Shown: piece by piece, positions 11,939 through 25,658 of the stretch | Layout: each line of letters begins with the position of its first letter | Numbering within the stretch: position 1 is the stretch's first letter | From: Eledone cirrhosa | Taxonomy: Eukaryota | Assembly (NCBI GenBank): GCA_964016885.1 | Contig: OZ024746.1 | Location: 45,942,001-46,006,000 of the forward strand | Reading direction: 5' to 3' | Length of the DNA: 64,000 nt | The notes under the pieces: generated by a model | The model's input: the letters and a program-made list of their open reading frames with translations, nothing else | Told to the model about the DNA's origin: nothing | Database searches by the model: none | Translations under genes and position numbers: made by a program

Positions 11939-14900
11939 TATATATATATATGCAACTTTTTTCTATTGATTTTTTATGAAGGGATTTTATCCCAAAATAT
12001 AAGGACATATAAAGAACTACAATGTAACATCCCAACATCATTCTTATCATCATATTTTAACATTTACCATCCAATTCAATTAATGGTGACCTTCAAACAA
12101 AACACTATTTTGTAACAGTTTATGTTTTTGAAAAAACAATAATTTATTGAAAGATGTGATATTAAAGGCTAATATTTCTCCCTGACTTAACCAGATTTTA
12201 TTTGTGAAATACTAACAAGGACAAATTTTAAACATTTTCCTTCAAATATGTATCCTATCATTTTAATTTCAACTCTGGTAAAGGGCATGTCAAAATATAA
12301 ATTGTTCAACAAGTTTAACACCTTTAAAGTTAATGAAAAATTATATCAGTTTTATAACATGGTTTTAGGATGATAATTTCTATAGTTGCTATTCACACAA
12401 TAATTAACAACATAATTACTGTTAATTATTTACATGTAGTGTTTAATTATAATAATTTCTAATTTAGGCACAAGGCCAGCAATTTTGGGGGGAGAATGGA
12501 AATGTCAACCCTAGTATATAACAGTTACTTTATTGTATCCCTTTTATCCACATTGGAAGGATAGAAGGCTAAGTTGACTTCAATAGGATTTGAACCTAGA
12601 TGTGCTGGTACCAATACTAATTAAGCATTTGTCTGACGTTCTAATAATACTGCCTTCAGCATTTACTTATTTTGAAGATATTATTTTATGTGGAGCAGGT
12701 GTAGTTGAGCATTGCCTAAATTTAGATAGGTTTAATCAAAAACAATCAACTTACTTCGACTTGCTTTTAAAGAGGATAAGTGAATATTATATAAAAAGCA
12801 ACCTATTTATTTTGTAGGATATAGATTTTGATGGAATGCCAAATGGGTTAGAAACATCATTAAGGAACTATTCTGTAAATAATATTAAAAAAATATTCAA
12901 AGGTTGTTGAGAATGGTTTTTCTTTACTAACTATTCCAGTTGGATTTCACATTATTCTGACAATTTAAAGCTCCTTTCATCAATTTCTCATTACCTTTTA
13001 ACAGAATCACATAAATGTGATTCTATAGACTTAAATCTTGTAGTTCTTCAGGCTATATGTAGTTGATGTGTAGGAAATATTTGTAGATTAAACTGATATC
13101 TCTCCAGTAACCATATCTATATTGCAGCAAAATAATAGTCCTATACTTTATTTTTCAAGGGATATTATCTACTCATAAACAAAAGCATCTTTAGATTGGA
13201 TGAAAAGTATTTGCCATTATTGAAAGAGTCTAGAAGTGAAGGGATTGTTTTATTGCAAATCCTTATATAACTATTACCACATCAAGAAGCTATTACTTAT
13301 ATTTCAACAGAAAGCATTCACCAAAGGCTAAAAATAACAAATCAGATTGTTGGAAATTGGAATTGACTGAATACACTTAGCATATATTGCATCATCACGG
13401 GAGAGAAAATACTATTTCTGATTCTTTTTCTAGAATTTCCTTTCTTTCAATTCTTTTTTCTTTCTCAACTTCATGAATATCTTGGCTTTTTTCGTGTCAA
13501 TCAGTTTTATCGTCATCATCATTATTATCATTTCACATCTGTTTTCCCTGCTAGCAAGAGTTGGACAGGCCTTCATAGACTAAGTCACTACCAATGTTGA
13601 AGTCACTACCAATGTTGGGTAGAGATTAGTATCTCCCTCACATACAAGCCTGCATTCTACTGAGTGCATTTTATCCAGCACAAAGAAGGTTGTCATGTCT
13701 TTGACATAACTGAAGGGTCCTATTTTATTTGGCAGACTTTCTATGGCAGGATGCACCTTACATCAACCACATTACAGAGTGAACTGAATGTGGTTATCAT
13801 GTAGATAACCAGCACTAGGGAGTTTGTCATGGCTTTGACTCAACTGAATTATCCATCCATATTGAAATCCAAATATTTATCTGTGAGCATAGATAATGTA
13901 AAGGAGGCATGTGACTCTTGTAAAAATTGTCTCTATATTAAGCCACAATATTTTGTCCAAAATTTGCTAAGTTAATACATGGTACTCAACCCCTAGAAAC
14001 ATAAACATGCACACACACAAGCCATGCATACATACACAAGACATGCACACACACAAGACATGCATACATACATACAAGACATGCATACACATACAATACA
14101 TGCATACACATACAAGACATGCATACACACATAAAACATGCATAAACATGCACACACAAATTCAAAACGAGGAAAGTGACAATACTGAAATATAATGAGA
14201 GATACATATATAGATGCAAAAAAATCTCAGTTAGGCATGTGCGTGTGTGCATGTTTGAGTGTGTGTGAATGAAGTTGCGTGTGTGTGAAATTAAGTGACA
14301 ACATTTGGATTAATGTTTAGTTGTTGTTTTTGTTTAGCTTCAAGTCAGCTTCTGTTGAGAGAACATATGATCAAAGACATTCCAGGCTAAATCATCCCAG
14401 TTTGTTGTATATCCACAGCTCTTTGCTCAATGCTTCCTTCCTTTTTTAAGCTAGTAGAGTATATTTTGATGGAATTTGGTTTCTATTTCTAGTATATTAA
14501 TTAACCGCATAAAGACTCTTGTGTTTGCTTGAATAACAAATAGATGAAAATCAAATTCTGTTAATCTATCAAATATTGAGCCATTCTTATTCTCTAATGG
14601 TACATTTACATTGTTTAGAATTTGGTAGAGTCTCACATTTAATAGAGTGAATTGAAATTGTTTAATTAACTGACATTTTCCATTCAATTAGTACACAAAC
14701 ATTCCTTCTATGGATGATTAAAATCTAAAGACAAGAGCCAAGGGAGACAACTCAATAAAATCAATTCCTTTGAAATTTTTTTTAATATGGAAAATGCTCT
14801 ATAGGAATATATCTGGTTTTATGCCAATTGGTGAAATAAACAAACGTTTCTTGCTAGACTTCCTCAGCAAATAATATTCTACATGGTTGGTAAGAATAAG

Positions 14901-15342
14901 ATTGATTAACATATATTATATTGATCCTTATATATATATAATAAAATGAAATAAAATAACAGGAAATGTCTTGATACTGATGAATATTAAAAATGAAACA
15001 GGTCCATTGATTTCAGCATTCTGTATCTTTTATATATTTTTCGAAATTTCAATCGATTTTATTGGAGATGGCTACATTCCCTTTTGTTTTAAGATAACAA
15101 GAAGGAAGATTTGTCTAATTTCATGGATAATCTTGGTATATTGAAGTTCTTTATCTTACTACATTTTAGGTATGTGAGGCACTACCGTATATGGTTATAT
15201 TATAAGATTTGATTGTCTGTCACTTTAAGTTTTGTTAATATTTTTTAAAGCTTTTTTTCTCAGAAGAAAAGCTGCCAGGACTTATTTTTGTCTTTTAACC
15301 ATTCAGAATTGATAACATTATTACCAGGTTTATAATGTAATT

Positions 15343-15600
15343 GTGGAGGTGCGAGACCTAGTGGTAAAGGTGTTGGACTTACAATCATAAAGTGGTGGGT
15401 GTGATTCCTGGACTGGGTTGTATTTTGTGTACTTGAGCCAAACACTTCATTTCATGTTGCTCCAATATACTCAGATGAAAATGAGTACCAGCAGCAGCTG
15501 TAATGGACTGGCGTCCTGTCCAGGGGGAGGTCTTGTTCTTTCAGTCAAATCATGGATAAGCACTGGCCTGATGAGCCTCAGGGTTTGAGACAGACTTTAG
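15343..15600 (+). mobile_element. Diverged tRNA/CORE-like SINE
   Basis: tRNA-like head cctagtggtaaaggtgttggac...gtgattcctgg, followed by CORE-like tacttgagccaaacacttcatttcatgttgctcca. Confidence 0.6.
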
Positions 15601-16305
15601 ATGTATTGTAATTAATTCTATCAATCTAAACTAAAAATCTAAAAATTTAATCTAGATATTTATGGCTTGGGTGTCAGTGTGAGAAATTAGATTGTCTGTT
15701 TATTAATCTAATTATAATTTTCTAATGGTAAATCTATACATTTTTACACACCTTCATGGTCATCACCATGAGCATCTACCTTCTTATAATCATTTTTGTG
15801 TGTTTTTACCATGCTGGCATGGGTTAGGCAAGAATTTTTGAGGCAGTATTTATTTAATTGCTGGATTCTCTTCCAAATGACAACACTTGTTTGTTTTTGA
15901 GCAAGGCACATAATTTCACAGGTCTTCATATATAGGACTGCCAACCTACGGTATATGTTGCTTATGTGGAACATACGTTCAGACAAACCACACATACACA
16001 CAAATATCCCCACCTCACCCACACAAACTCACATGCACACACACACACACATAACATAATTCTACACAATTTCTATTCATAAGGCATTGGTCAGCCAAAG
16101 GCTATAATAGAAGATCCTTGCTGATAGTTCTACAATGGGATTGAATTCATGGCCATGTGATTACAAAGAAAACTTCTCAACCACATTGTTGTGATGTGCC
16201 TATATTTCAATGGCATATATTGATAAACAATACAGCTTGAAAGCAAATTTTCTGATAACAATTGCAACTAAAATATAACAATCAATATAATATTGATATA
16301 CTTAC

Positions 16306-16385
16306 CATTTTGTTGGATCTGCTGGCAGTTTCTTATCAAATCCTTCTTTACCAACGAGCCAGTATGTGTTTGCTCTTCCTTTGCC
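16306..16385 (-). CDS. Guanylate cyclase exon ending the catalytic domain (80 bp, phase 0->2)
   Basis: GKGRANTYWLVGKEGFDKKLPADPTK + TG. Acceptor tttag, donor gtaag. GKGxxxTYWL is the conserved end of the cyclase domain. Confidence 0.94.
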
Positions 16386-16439
16386 CTAAAAAATAAAAAT
16401 AAAAACAACCTAAAATTAAGTAAACATATAGAGAAATTT

Positions 16440-16746
16440 ACCTAGTGCTGGTGATCTACACAATAAAAGCACCCAGTAAATGCTGTAAAGTGGTTGGTAT
16501 TAGGAAGAGAATCCAGCCATTAGAAAGCTTGCCAAACAAGGGGTTAGGAGGATCCTTCAGTTTGTGTCAAAAGACACACTTGTGTCAAGACACACTTGAT
16601 AATGAGAATACATAAGCAGGATACAAATGTCGGCCTGTCTGGGACGTCAGTGGCTCTGTTTCAGTACTAACTTGGTCTATGTAGATCACTCCAACCTTTG
16701 CTAGCAGGGAATGTGGACGTTAAATGAATATGGTAATGATGATGAT
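16440..16746 (+). mobile_element. Old RTE 3' UTR / SINE-B-like tail
   Basis: gtaaagtggttggtattaggaagagaatccagcc...gtggacgttaaatg...gatgatgat, the same motifs as the RTE 3' UTRs elsewhere in the window. Confidence 0.6.
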
Positions 16747-19127
16747 AGAGAATTTAAGTTTAGTTGTTTTTTTTTTGTTTTTGTAAATAATTTCAAACAG
16801 ACATCTTTGAAGTTTTTTTATTGACTTGATCACAGTTCTGATACTACAGACATATGGTTAGAATGTCTAAAGAAATAATTACTGATCAGATTTTATGGAC
16901 AAAAACAACTAGCAGGAGATCCAGAAGTAGACCATGAGCAAGATAGTTGGATATCACCCATGAGTTTGGTTAGTCTCACATGGGGATCCAGATGGATCAA
17001 TTGGAGATGGTCTCTGCTGATATGACCCTCTGGTCATATATGAAATACTGATGATGTTGCTGAGTAATTAATTTACTCATTTTATGTTGAAATTTGTGAG
17101 GATAGTGTCACTGGTTGTAGATATCTAATGAAGTAATCAAAGATTTACTGTGTTTCTGAAGATGAGAATGACAAAAGAGCATCACTAGTATATTTGGTTT
17201 CTCATAGATGTTTATATCCTTTGCTAATATACAATTAACAATTACAATGGGTTTTGATACAGTTTCCATCTACCAACTTCCTCTTGATGTCAGTCAAGTC
17301 AATCAAAGGTAGAAAACAACTTTCTGCAGCCGATGCAAAATGAGATTGGTCCTGGAACCATATTGTTGTGAAGCAAACCTCTTAATCACGTAGTAGTGAT
17401 GGGAATATGAAGAGATATGCAGAGGTATGACATTCTCTTACTTTGCAGTTGCAAGGAGAGTGAGCTGGAGCTTATAGTATTTACCTCCTCTCCCAATCCT
17501 TTTTCCCAACCTCTGCCTCACAGAACTTATTTATATGATCCCATGATTCCCGAGGGTGTCGTAGGGATGCTGTAGAGACACACAGCATTTTGAGGGAATT
17601 TTAAGCCTGACAGAACCCACCTCCCTCCAGAACTTAGCATATCCTTAATTTCTGAAACCCATTTCCATCACTACCACACCGCTGTGTCTGCATCTATTAG
17701 AGCCTACTTTTAAATAGCAGACTTGTTATATGGGGGCAATATTTATTTCTAACATTGGCATGAGGCCATCAATTTGGGAGGAGGGGAAGGTCAATTATAT
17801 TGACCCCCACTTACTTAACTGGTACTTTATGGTTATCAATCCTAGAAGGATGAAAACCAAAGTTGACCTCAATGGGATTTCAACTCAGTACTTAGAAAGT
17901 CATAATACCACAAAATATTTTGTCTGGCACTCTACTGATTCTGCCAATCCACCACCATAGTTCTCAACAGTTTACTTCACTATTACTTTTAATACCAATC
18001 ATACCTTTCTCATATCTTGTATTTTTCTATATATCAGTTATTTTGTCTATGATATTACTTTTTAAACATGGGAGAGCTGGTGCCTATGGTCTTTGTTCTA
18101 TAGATTTTATAAAATAAGCACAATTACTCTAAATACAATGTAGAACAGCTTAAATATAAAGGGAACTTTGTTGGTTGCATAATGTGATAAGTAGTTGCTA
18201 TTAGTAATAGAATTTTAGAGATATTATCTCTCACATATACAATGAAATAGTGCAGCAGTAAACATTAATCCAATCCTGTTTGTAACATCAGCATTGATTT
18301 CCATATTCATTTGGAGTTAATAAGGAACATTTTACATGGTGACTCCCCTGTAACAGATAGTACCCGATTTTCCCCTCCTATAATACTCTACAATATTAAA
18401 AGTTAGAAGAACATGTTAGGTTGGATATAGCAAAACATGAAAGGAGCACAGCTGGAATGTCTTTCTTTATGTGTCCTAAAAGGATGAAGAAGTGTAGTAT
18501 TCTTGATATTTTCCAGGGTCTTCAAGTGTGATAGGTATACATTTTCTTTGAACTACACACCTTGCTTACAACAAAACAGACTACATATATACAAAAATAC
18601 ATAAACCTTCGACATGAGCAATCACATATATTGAAGAGACTATTTACAAAATTTAAGATGAATATTATCTCTAACAGTAATGCCACAACTACCAGCCTTG
18701 TTAAAAACTGGTTATTCATCTAATGATTTTCATTGATGACAATTTTATTTGGAATCGTAAAGATACCCCTCTAAAAATTGAAATCACTTTACAAGAATTT
18801 GCTACAAACAATATGGCTGGGCATATCAAAATCAAAATCAACAACACTTGTGAAGAATCAAAGAAAAATAACAAGAAAAAAAGTAAACAATGTTAATAGT
18901 TCTTATAGAAGGAACCAAAACTATAAACCACATTTTTATTTTATTATTTTTTTTTTTAGTTACAATCTCAATAATGATCTACTTAATTGTTATTGAATGG
19001 CAGAAAAAGATCCCTCCTAATGAACAGAATAAAGTTACGTTAGGATGAACTTCACCCAGAGTTACATTATTTCATAGCCAAACAATTACGCCAACTATAA
19101 AAATAGTATAAACATTATTCAAAACAA

Positions 19128-19426
19128 TAATTGTTTCTACTTTAGGCACAAGGCCAGCAATTACCCAGTGCATTACTGGTACTTTATTTTATCAACCCCG
19201 CAAAGTAAACCTCGGCGGGATTTGAACTCATTATTCAAAACAATAATTGTTTCTACTTTAGGCACAAGGCCAGCAATTATCCAGTGCATTACTGGTACTT
19301 TATTTTATCGACCCCGTAAGGATGTAAGGCAAAGTCAACCTCGGCGGGATTTGAACTCAGATCGTAAAGGGACGTAACTATGCTGAAAAGCATGGCGTCC
19401 GACCCTCTACCGATACTGCCAATCCA
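19128..19426 (-). mobile_element. SINE family A with partial tandem duplication of its 3' half
   Basis: 19128-19230 repeats 19243-19360. The full copy is near-identical to 1905-2091. Confidence 0.85.
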
Positions 19427-19429
19427 CAA

Positions 19430-20760
19430 TGATTGCAATTCCATATCCAAAAGTGTGAAACCTCTACAAATAACAACACTATGTGAACATTCTCATATAT
19501 CAAAAAAACAATCAATATATGTCACAACAGACTGTAAGCTGTGAAAATGAAGAGTATAAATAACTGAAATGTCCCTTTAGTGAAATTTTCTAAATTTATG
19601 TTTAAAACTAACTCTCAAAGAGAGATAAAATGACAATATTAAACAAGAAGCCAAATAAAAATACTCTGTGTACTATTGACCAAATCAGAGATGAATACTT
19701 ATGACAAATTAACCTCTGTCTATATGCCCTAGCAATAACTGTAAAGAATTATCTTCGTGAAACTAGGTGTCTACAGAAAGAAAACAACACAAAAATTATC
19801 ATTGCATATTACAAAAGTAGAAAAGGAAAAGATTGCTGACCTCTGAAAAACTACCTTTGGACTACTTGGCGAGACACTAGATAAGATCCCAGTCTTTGAT
19901 GTTAAAACCTAAAAAGCCCTAACCAGCACTGGAAACTTCCACATTAATTAGCTGCCTGTACCTAAACTGTAACCAGGACAGAAGCTTAACATAAAGCAAA
20001 ACAGCATTTGAATGTTGCATCATATTCCTTCAACAATATTTACGAACCAACAAGTGTAGGAGCTCATCTATAGAACAAGTCTGTCTATATGAAGTAGATT
20101 ACATCATGAAAGTTGGGAAGGAGCTCCTTGAGAAATACTTCCTACATAATAACAAACATTTTACACTCAGGGAAATTGCGCAGCAATACTGCAATGAACC
20201 CATGGATGAAAAAATCATGCATGGTTGTTACCAGGAAGCTTCAAAGTGAGACTAACATAGATAAGCAAAGATGTCTATCTTGGACCAACAACTGTTATAT
20301 TGGCTCTCACTTCGAAGGATATGCTTTTACAATCCAAGAACGGTAAATTACAACAAAATACCTGATGCACAAAAGAGATAGGGATGCAGGTAAAACACTT
20401 AGGTTTGACAACAGATGCAGATGGTGAATAAACATTTTAGATATTACCCACATCATAAGCAGTTGTCCAAAGACGTTATTACATTACTATCAACCTATGA
20501 GGCATGATGTAGTGGCCACAATACTATACAATGCAATCCATAGAATGGGTAATCCTGAGAATAAAAATATAAAATTTAGTGATATTATGTATACATAATA
20601 TGAAAGAGTATTGGTGGAATATTCCAGTCAAAACCTCAATAAAATGCAAACATAACAGATCAGACATAATGATATGATACAGAGAAAAGAATGCATGCAC
20701 AGAAGTTGAAATTAGATGTTAATATAATGTTAAAGATTAGCAAAAATGAAAACATTTCCT
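19430..20760 (+). mobile_element. Old degenerate R4/Dong-type LINE fragment
   Basis: Broken translation EGYAFTIQE..ITTKYL..CR..DITHIISSCPK..MRHDVVA..WWNIPVKTSIKCKHNRSDIMI, i.e. the CCHC knuckle, RHD motif and start of the REL endonuclease. Left boundary uncertain. Confidence 0.7.
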
Positions 20761-22170
20761 TCCCATTTAGAAATAAAACATTCTTTCCATTCCAGGCTTA
20801 CAGCTTCCTAACTTGCACAAGGAAAAATATTGAGATATAACACAAAAGTTTTAGTGATTCATGTAGTACAGTAGTTAGTGGAATTATATAGTCAGAAATT
20901 ATTTTGTTTGTAAACATTAGATGGTTGCAATTTCAGGTGATAAATGTTGATCAATATATAATAGCTTTTACACTAAACTAGAGTGAAATTAATAAACTGT
21001 GTCAATTTAATGAAACCACAAAGTAACATTTACAACAATATATAATAAATCTAAAATCACAGCACCATACAAAAAGATTTTATGGTTGATTTTTGTTTGC
21101 AAATTAGATAGTTTTGTATGCCTACTAATTTCTTTAGCAACTGTCTGAAATATTGCTATGTGTAATGTATATGTTTATTTAAGGCATCAGAACCAATATG
21201 AATATTCAGACATTTCTAGTTACTGAACCATTTGCAATATACATTATCACCTATGAACTGTCTCATAAACATCTTTAATTATCTCACATCATGAAAGAAG
21301 CTGGTTTATTTAGATTTTATAATTCTACTCACACTCTTCATTTTATCTCTTCTTTCACGCTGTGAATTACAATCATATCATTTGCTATTTCAAGGTCACC
21401 CTTCCACCTTCACAAATGGCTGTTTCCATTTACCAAAATAACCAACATTTTTTTCTAATCACTTATTAAGAAACCAAGTTTGTATATTCTCTAATCACAA
21501 CACATAAATTTCTGAAGAGAAACATCAACATATTTAAATCTTTTTGATACAATCTGCATATCTATTTCCAGTAGGAAACTTACAATCTATCCTTTTCTAG
21601 TTACTAACTAAATTCTACTAAATCATACCTCATAGTTATAATAATTTATTATTAATATGTTATATAGGTTATCCATTTATCTATATTAAAAGAGATAATT
21701 AATAATTCAATATGTTTTAGCATTTATGGATATATAATTAAGAAGTTAAATATGTATATACATAACTACTATCAATAAAATATTGCAGCTATGAGCTTTG
21801 AGTAAACAAATAAACTACTGATTAATGTTCAAGCCATTATGATACATTCCAAATCACTGCTGATGACTCATCTGGCATTTAACTTCGTGCATGACAAGCA
21901 CTATTCTTACTGTGCTAAGAAGGATACTTATCTCTAGGAAAATAACATTCCAGGACCAGGAAAATATTCTAAAATCAAAAGGTGACTCCAAAATTATAGC
22001 TTGATAAAAAATTGAACCAAAATGAACATTTTCCACATGTGTATGTAGTTGCATGTCACAAATAATTTTGAGAATCTTGAATTATGTTCAAATATATTCA
22101 TGTAGGTAAATTAAATAATAGCATACAAAGGAAATATGTTTGGCATGCAGTAAGCAAAGTTTGAAATATA

Positions 22171-22255
22171 ATATAGTCTAATAATGGGGTATGTAAACCC
22201 ACTGAAAAGATCTTTTTCCATTCAGTGGGTTTATATACCCGATTATTATATTATA
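22171..22255. repeat. Small foldback or MITE-like hairpin
   Basis: taataatggggtatgtaaacccactgaa ... ttcagtgggtttatataccccgattatta form an imperfect inverted repeat. Confidence 0.7.
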
Positions 22256-24189
22256 TTATTTAGTCAATGTTATTGCAAAACTTATATTTCTATTTCAATT
22301 TCAAGCTAGCATATATTTTTTTTATTATATGTATAGCATTCAATAAAATGGACCTAAAAAAAATGTTAAACATTTGGTTTGTAAAACAAGATTAGATATA
22401 ATCAAATTTATAGATATATAAGTGATATATCATCAACTAGTCTCTTATGGAGAAGTGTAAAACATATTAATATCTTTGGAAATAGTAAATATTGATATCT
22501 AGTCTTTCTCAGTTTTATAAGATGCATTTTGAATACATTTTCTAGAATTTTAGATAATGAAAATGTTGAAAGTATCCTGATTTATTAGATTAACTCTTTT
22601 ACTGTAGAATGTATCATATTTAAAACAATTTGCTACCTATTTTCAGCTAATCCTAGTAAGATAAATAGAATTTCTTTTCTATTGAGATGGTAAAATATTA
22701 TTACTGATTCAGAAATCATTTTAGTTTTTCTTTGGGGTCTAAGACTAAACAAAATTAGTTCTATATACCCCATTCTTATGTGATAAGATTAAATCATATT
22801 TCTGAAAACTCAGTAAACTAGATGTCAAATTGAAATCTCCACCTAAGCTTGCGTTGTCTCATATTTGGTTTGATATTAGATATCTGAATTGACCACTTCA
22901 TAGAAAAAACTGAATGGCTTGTATCAAATCACTGTGTGCAAAACAAATACATTTACCCCATTGATCTATTCATCAATGTCATAAAAAGCATGTGAAAGTA
23001 CAATACACTACTACAAATAGTAAGGACATAGATATCAGCAACAGAAGATATTCAACTTGAACATCAACTACAAAGACTATGGACACTGCTACTTTTCCTG
23101 TCAGATTAAATTTCAAAAGCAACGAGACAATCATATAATGAATTCATGATTCTCCTGCTGAGTTCCAAATACCTTATCCACTTGGCCAGTCTAATTTATC
23201 ACACTTCTATTGGCAATGAATAGGTAAGTAATTTAATTTACAAGCTGCTAGGCACACATTTCTTAATGAAAGTATAATTAAATTCTTACACCAACTACAT
23301 CATAGTTAATTAACATTTTAGGATATTATCTAATTAAAATATAATTGAAACTCTATGTGAAATCAATATCAATATTGTTTAACTTTTTAAATGTAAGAGG
23401 AAAAATGTTGCTCATTTTTTTCAATAATGGAAATATATTTATGTACACTTCAATGAATACAAATTTGCTTATTCCATCTAAGCAACTAAAAAACAGTTGA
23501 TTCTATTTAAGCAACTTCACATTAGAATTTTAGCAATTATTTAAACTAATGCTTCTCCCCACTTTACAATTGTGAGAGTGAGGAATACAGTTCTGACTTT
23601 ACTATGATAATATTTCTTTAAAATATCTTAACAAAATTTATTATATCTGCAAATTGCACAATTCTGTAAAATATTGATATATACATAAAATGGTTATTTT
23701 GTATTTAAATATTTTCATAAACAGCTAGCATTTAGAGACCAGTATTCATTTAAGTTCCCTTGACGTGTACACAAGTCTCATGCACATGTAATTTCAGCAC
23801 TTTTCACTGGATAAATTGAAACATATAATTTATATTTAACAAAAAGTACCAAAATACAGACACTATATATTTCAAGAAAACAAACCCACAAAACCTACTC
23901 TTTCTATAAAGGCATAACAATCACCTTGTAAAAATGGCAGATCTTCCAATAACATCCTTATATAAAGAATGCATGCCATTGTTTTCATTTTCTTCTCTGA
24001 GTTAGAAAATACTTTAACTGTAAATGCTGATTCAATACTAGGCACAAATATAATTTATTCTATTAAAAGTGAACTATAGAAAACAGAAAAAGTGAGCCAA
24101 TGGTATAAATTTAGATAATTCAGTGAGGTGGTGTGGTACTGAATGAGGCACAAAGAATCACAAAGAATTGAATTTTGCCTTTTAGTTGG

Positions 24190-24750
24190 TGAAAGAAAAC
24201 AAAAACTTAGCTGCAATTGTTAGTGACTTGCAGAAGAAAGAGGAAAGATAGCATTCTTCCTTTTCAGGAACTGCTTCACTATGCCAAAGTTTCTATACAC
24301 CTTCCATAGCATCCCTTGCTACAGCCATGCATTCCTCCTCACAAATTTCAACACATTTATCTGACGGGCTGTTGGAGAGATATGCAACATCAAGTTTGAT
24401 GATACTGGATGGCAACAGGCTACATTACCCATCAGATATGGTGGTTTCTGTCTCTGGTCTTGAGTCTCACTGGCCTTGCTGGCATTCCTTTCATCAGTGA
24501 CCTCTTGCCATGTCCTCAAATCAGAGTTCTCCACAACACACATGACCCTACTGTGATTGGGGAATGTGAGGCGACCTATATGACAGGGAAACAGCTCAGC
24601 CTCCATCATGTAGACGTCCATCCCTCTCTCTCCTTTGTGGATGCCAAGTTCTCCCAAAACAAATGGTATGCCATTCAGTGCAACATGAAGTGCAGCTTGG
24701 ATGCTGCAGGCTTCCCTTCCCATTATTTAACATTTGCGTTCCCTGTTAGC
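24190..24750 (+). mobile_element. Degenerate CRE-clade non-LTR retrotransposon fragment (RT thumb region)
   Basis: Plus-strand translation AFFLFRNCFTMPKFLYTFHSIPCY...F...ICNIKFDDTGWQQATLPIRYGGFCLWS*VSLALLAFLSS matches the CRE-type motif WxQAxLPxRxGGLG...LAxPAFLSS. Contains stops. Confidence 0.7.
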
Positions 24751-24789
24751 ATTTCTTGCATAATGCCTTATATATATATCGCAGTTGAG

Positions 24790-24960
24790 GTAAACCAAAA
24801 AAGACCTGGACAGAGGTTGTGAGAGCCGACCACAAATCACTGAAACTCACAGAGGCAATGATGAAGGATCGCAATGTGTGGTGAGATGCTGTGCTGAGAT
24901 GGACCCATCAAGCATATACAAGCATGGAAAAGTGGACGTAAAATAGATGATGATGATGAT
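24790..24960 (+). mobile_element. RTE 3' end fragment
   Basis: GKPKKTWTEVVRADHKSLKLTEAMMKDRNVW, then aagcatggaaaagtggacgtaaaat + (GAT)n. Confidence 0.75.
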
Positions 24961-25477
24961 TATATATACTGTATCCATTGCAGATAACAAATCCAATTCT
25001 AATATAAATGATGCAGTTTATAAGAGACAGCTGAGAGTACATTCATGTTCCATGTACTTTAGTTAAATTATATGTTTTGATTTTTTTAATTGCTTATGAT
25101 AGCGTGAATACAAGGAGTTGCCTCTGAAACCATGAATACCTATTATGTATATATATAGTTCAAGAAGACAACAAAAAGAGCTACAAAGAGTCTCATTAGT
25201 TTCACGCTTTATATGGAAAAGAGGAAAGAAAGTTTGATGTGTTGGGCTTAAGCGTTTCTTCAAGAGTACAAAATTAGAGACAGGATCACAAAGGAGTTAC
25301 AGAAATAAAGGTAGTCCAAGTAAAGAAAAAAAATCGAAAATTAAGAGTGCAAACAAGATAAACTTTTCGGTAGTCTTGGTAACAAGATGGAATGCAAAGA
25401 GAAGTGTGTGTATATGTGTATTAGTGTCGATAATATGTGTGAGTTTAAGGGTAAGATTTAACATATATATATATATA

Positions 25478-25658
25478 TCATCATCATTTCATTTTACGTC
25501 CACTTTTTCCCTGCTTGCAAGGGTGGGACGGAAACTGATTCTGGCCTGATTTCTACAGCAGGATGCCCTTCCTAACACCAACCTCATTTACAGTGAGTGC
25601 TGGGTGATTTTTTGCTGTGGCACCTCCACGACCACTTTGGAGTGGAATGATAGGAACA
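25478..25658 (-). mobile_element. SINE family B, 3' half
   Basis: Near-identical to the tail half of 47068-47411. Flanked by (TA)n. Confidence 0.8.

Noticed and set aside
24319-24822. 134-aa and 137-aa ORFs as host genes
   Set aside because: They are off-frame or antisense readings of the CRE-like relic.
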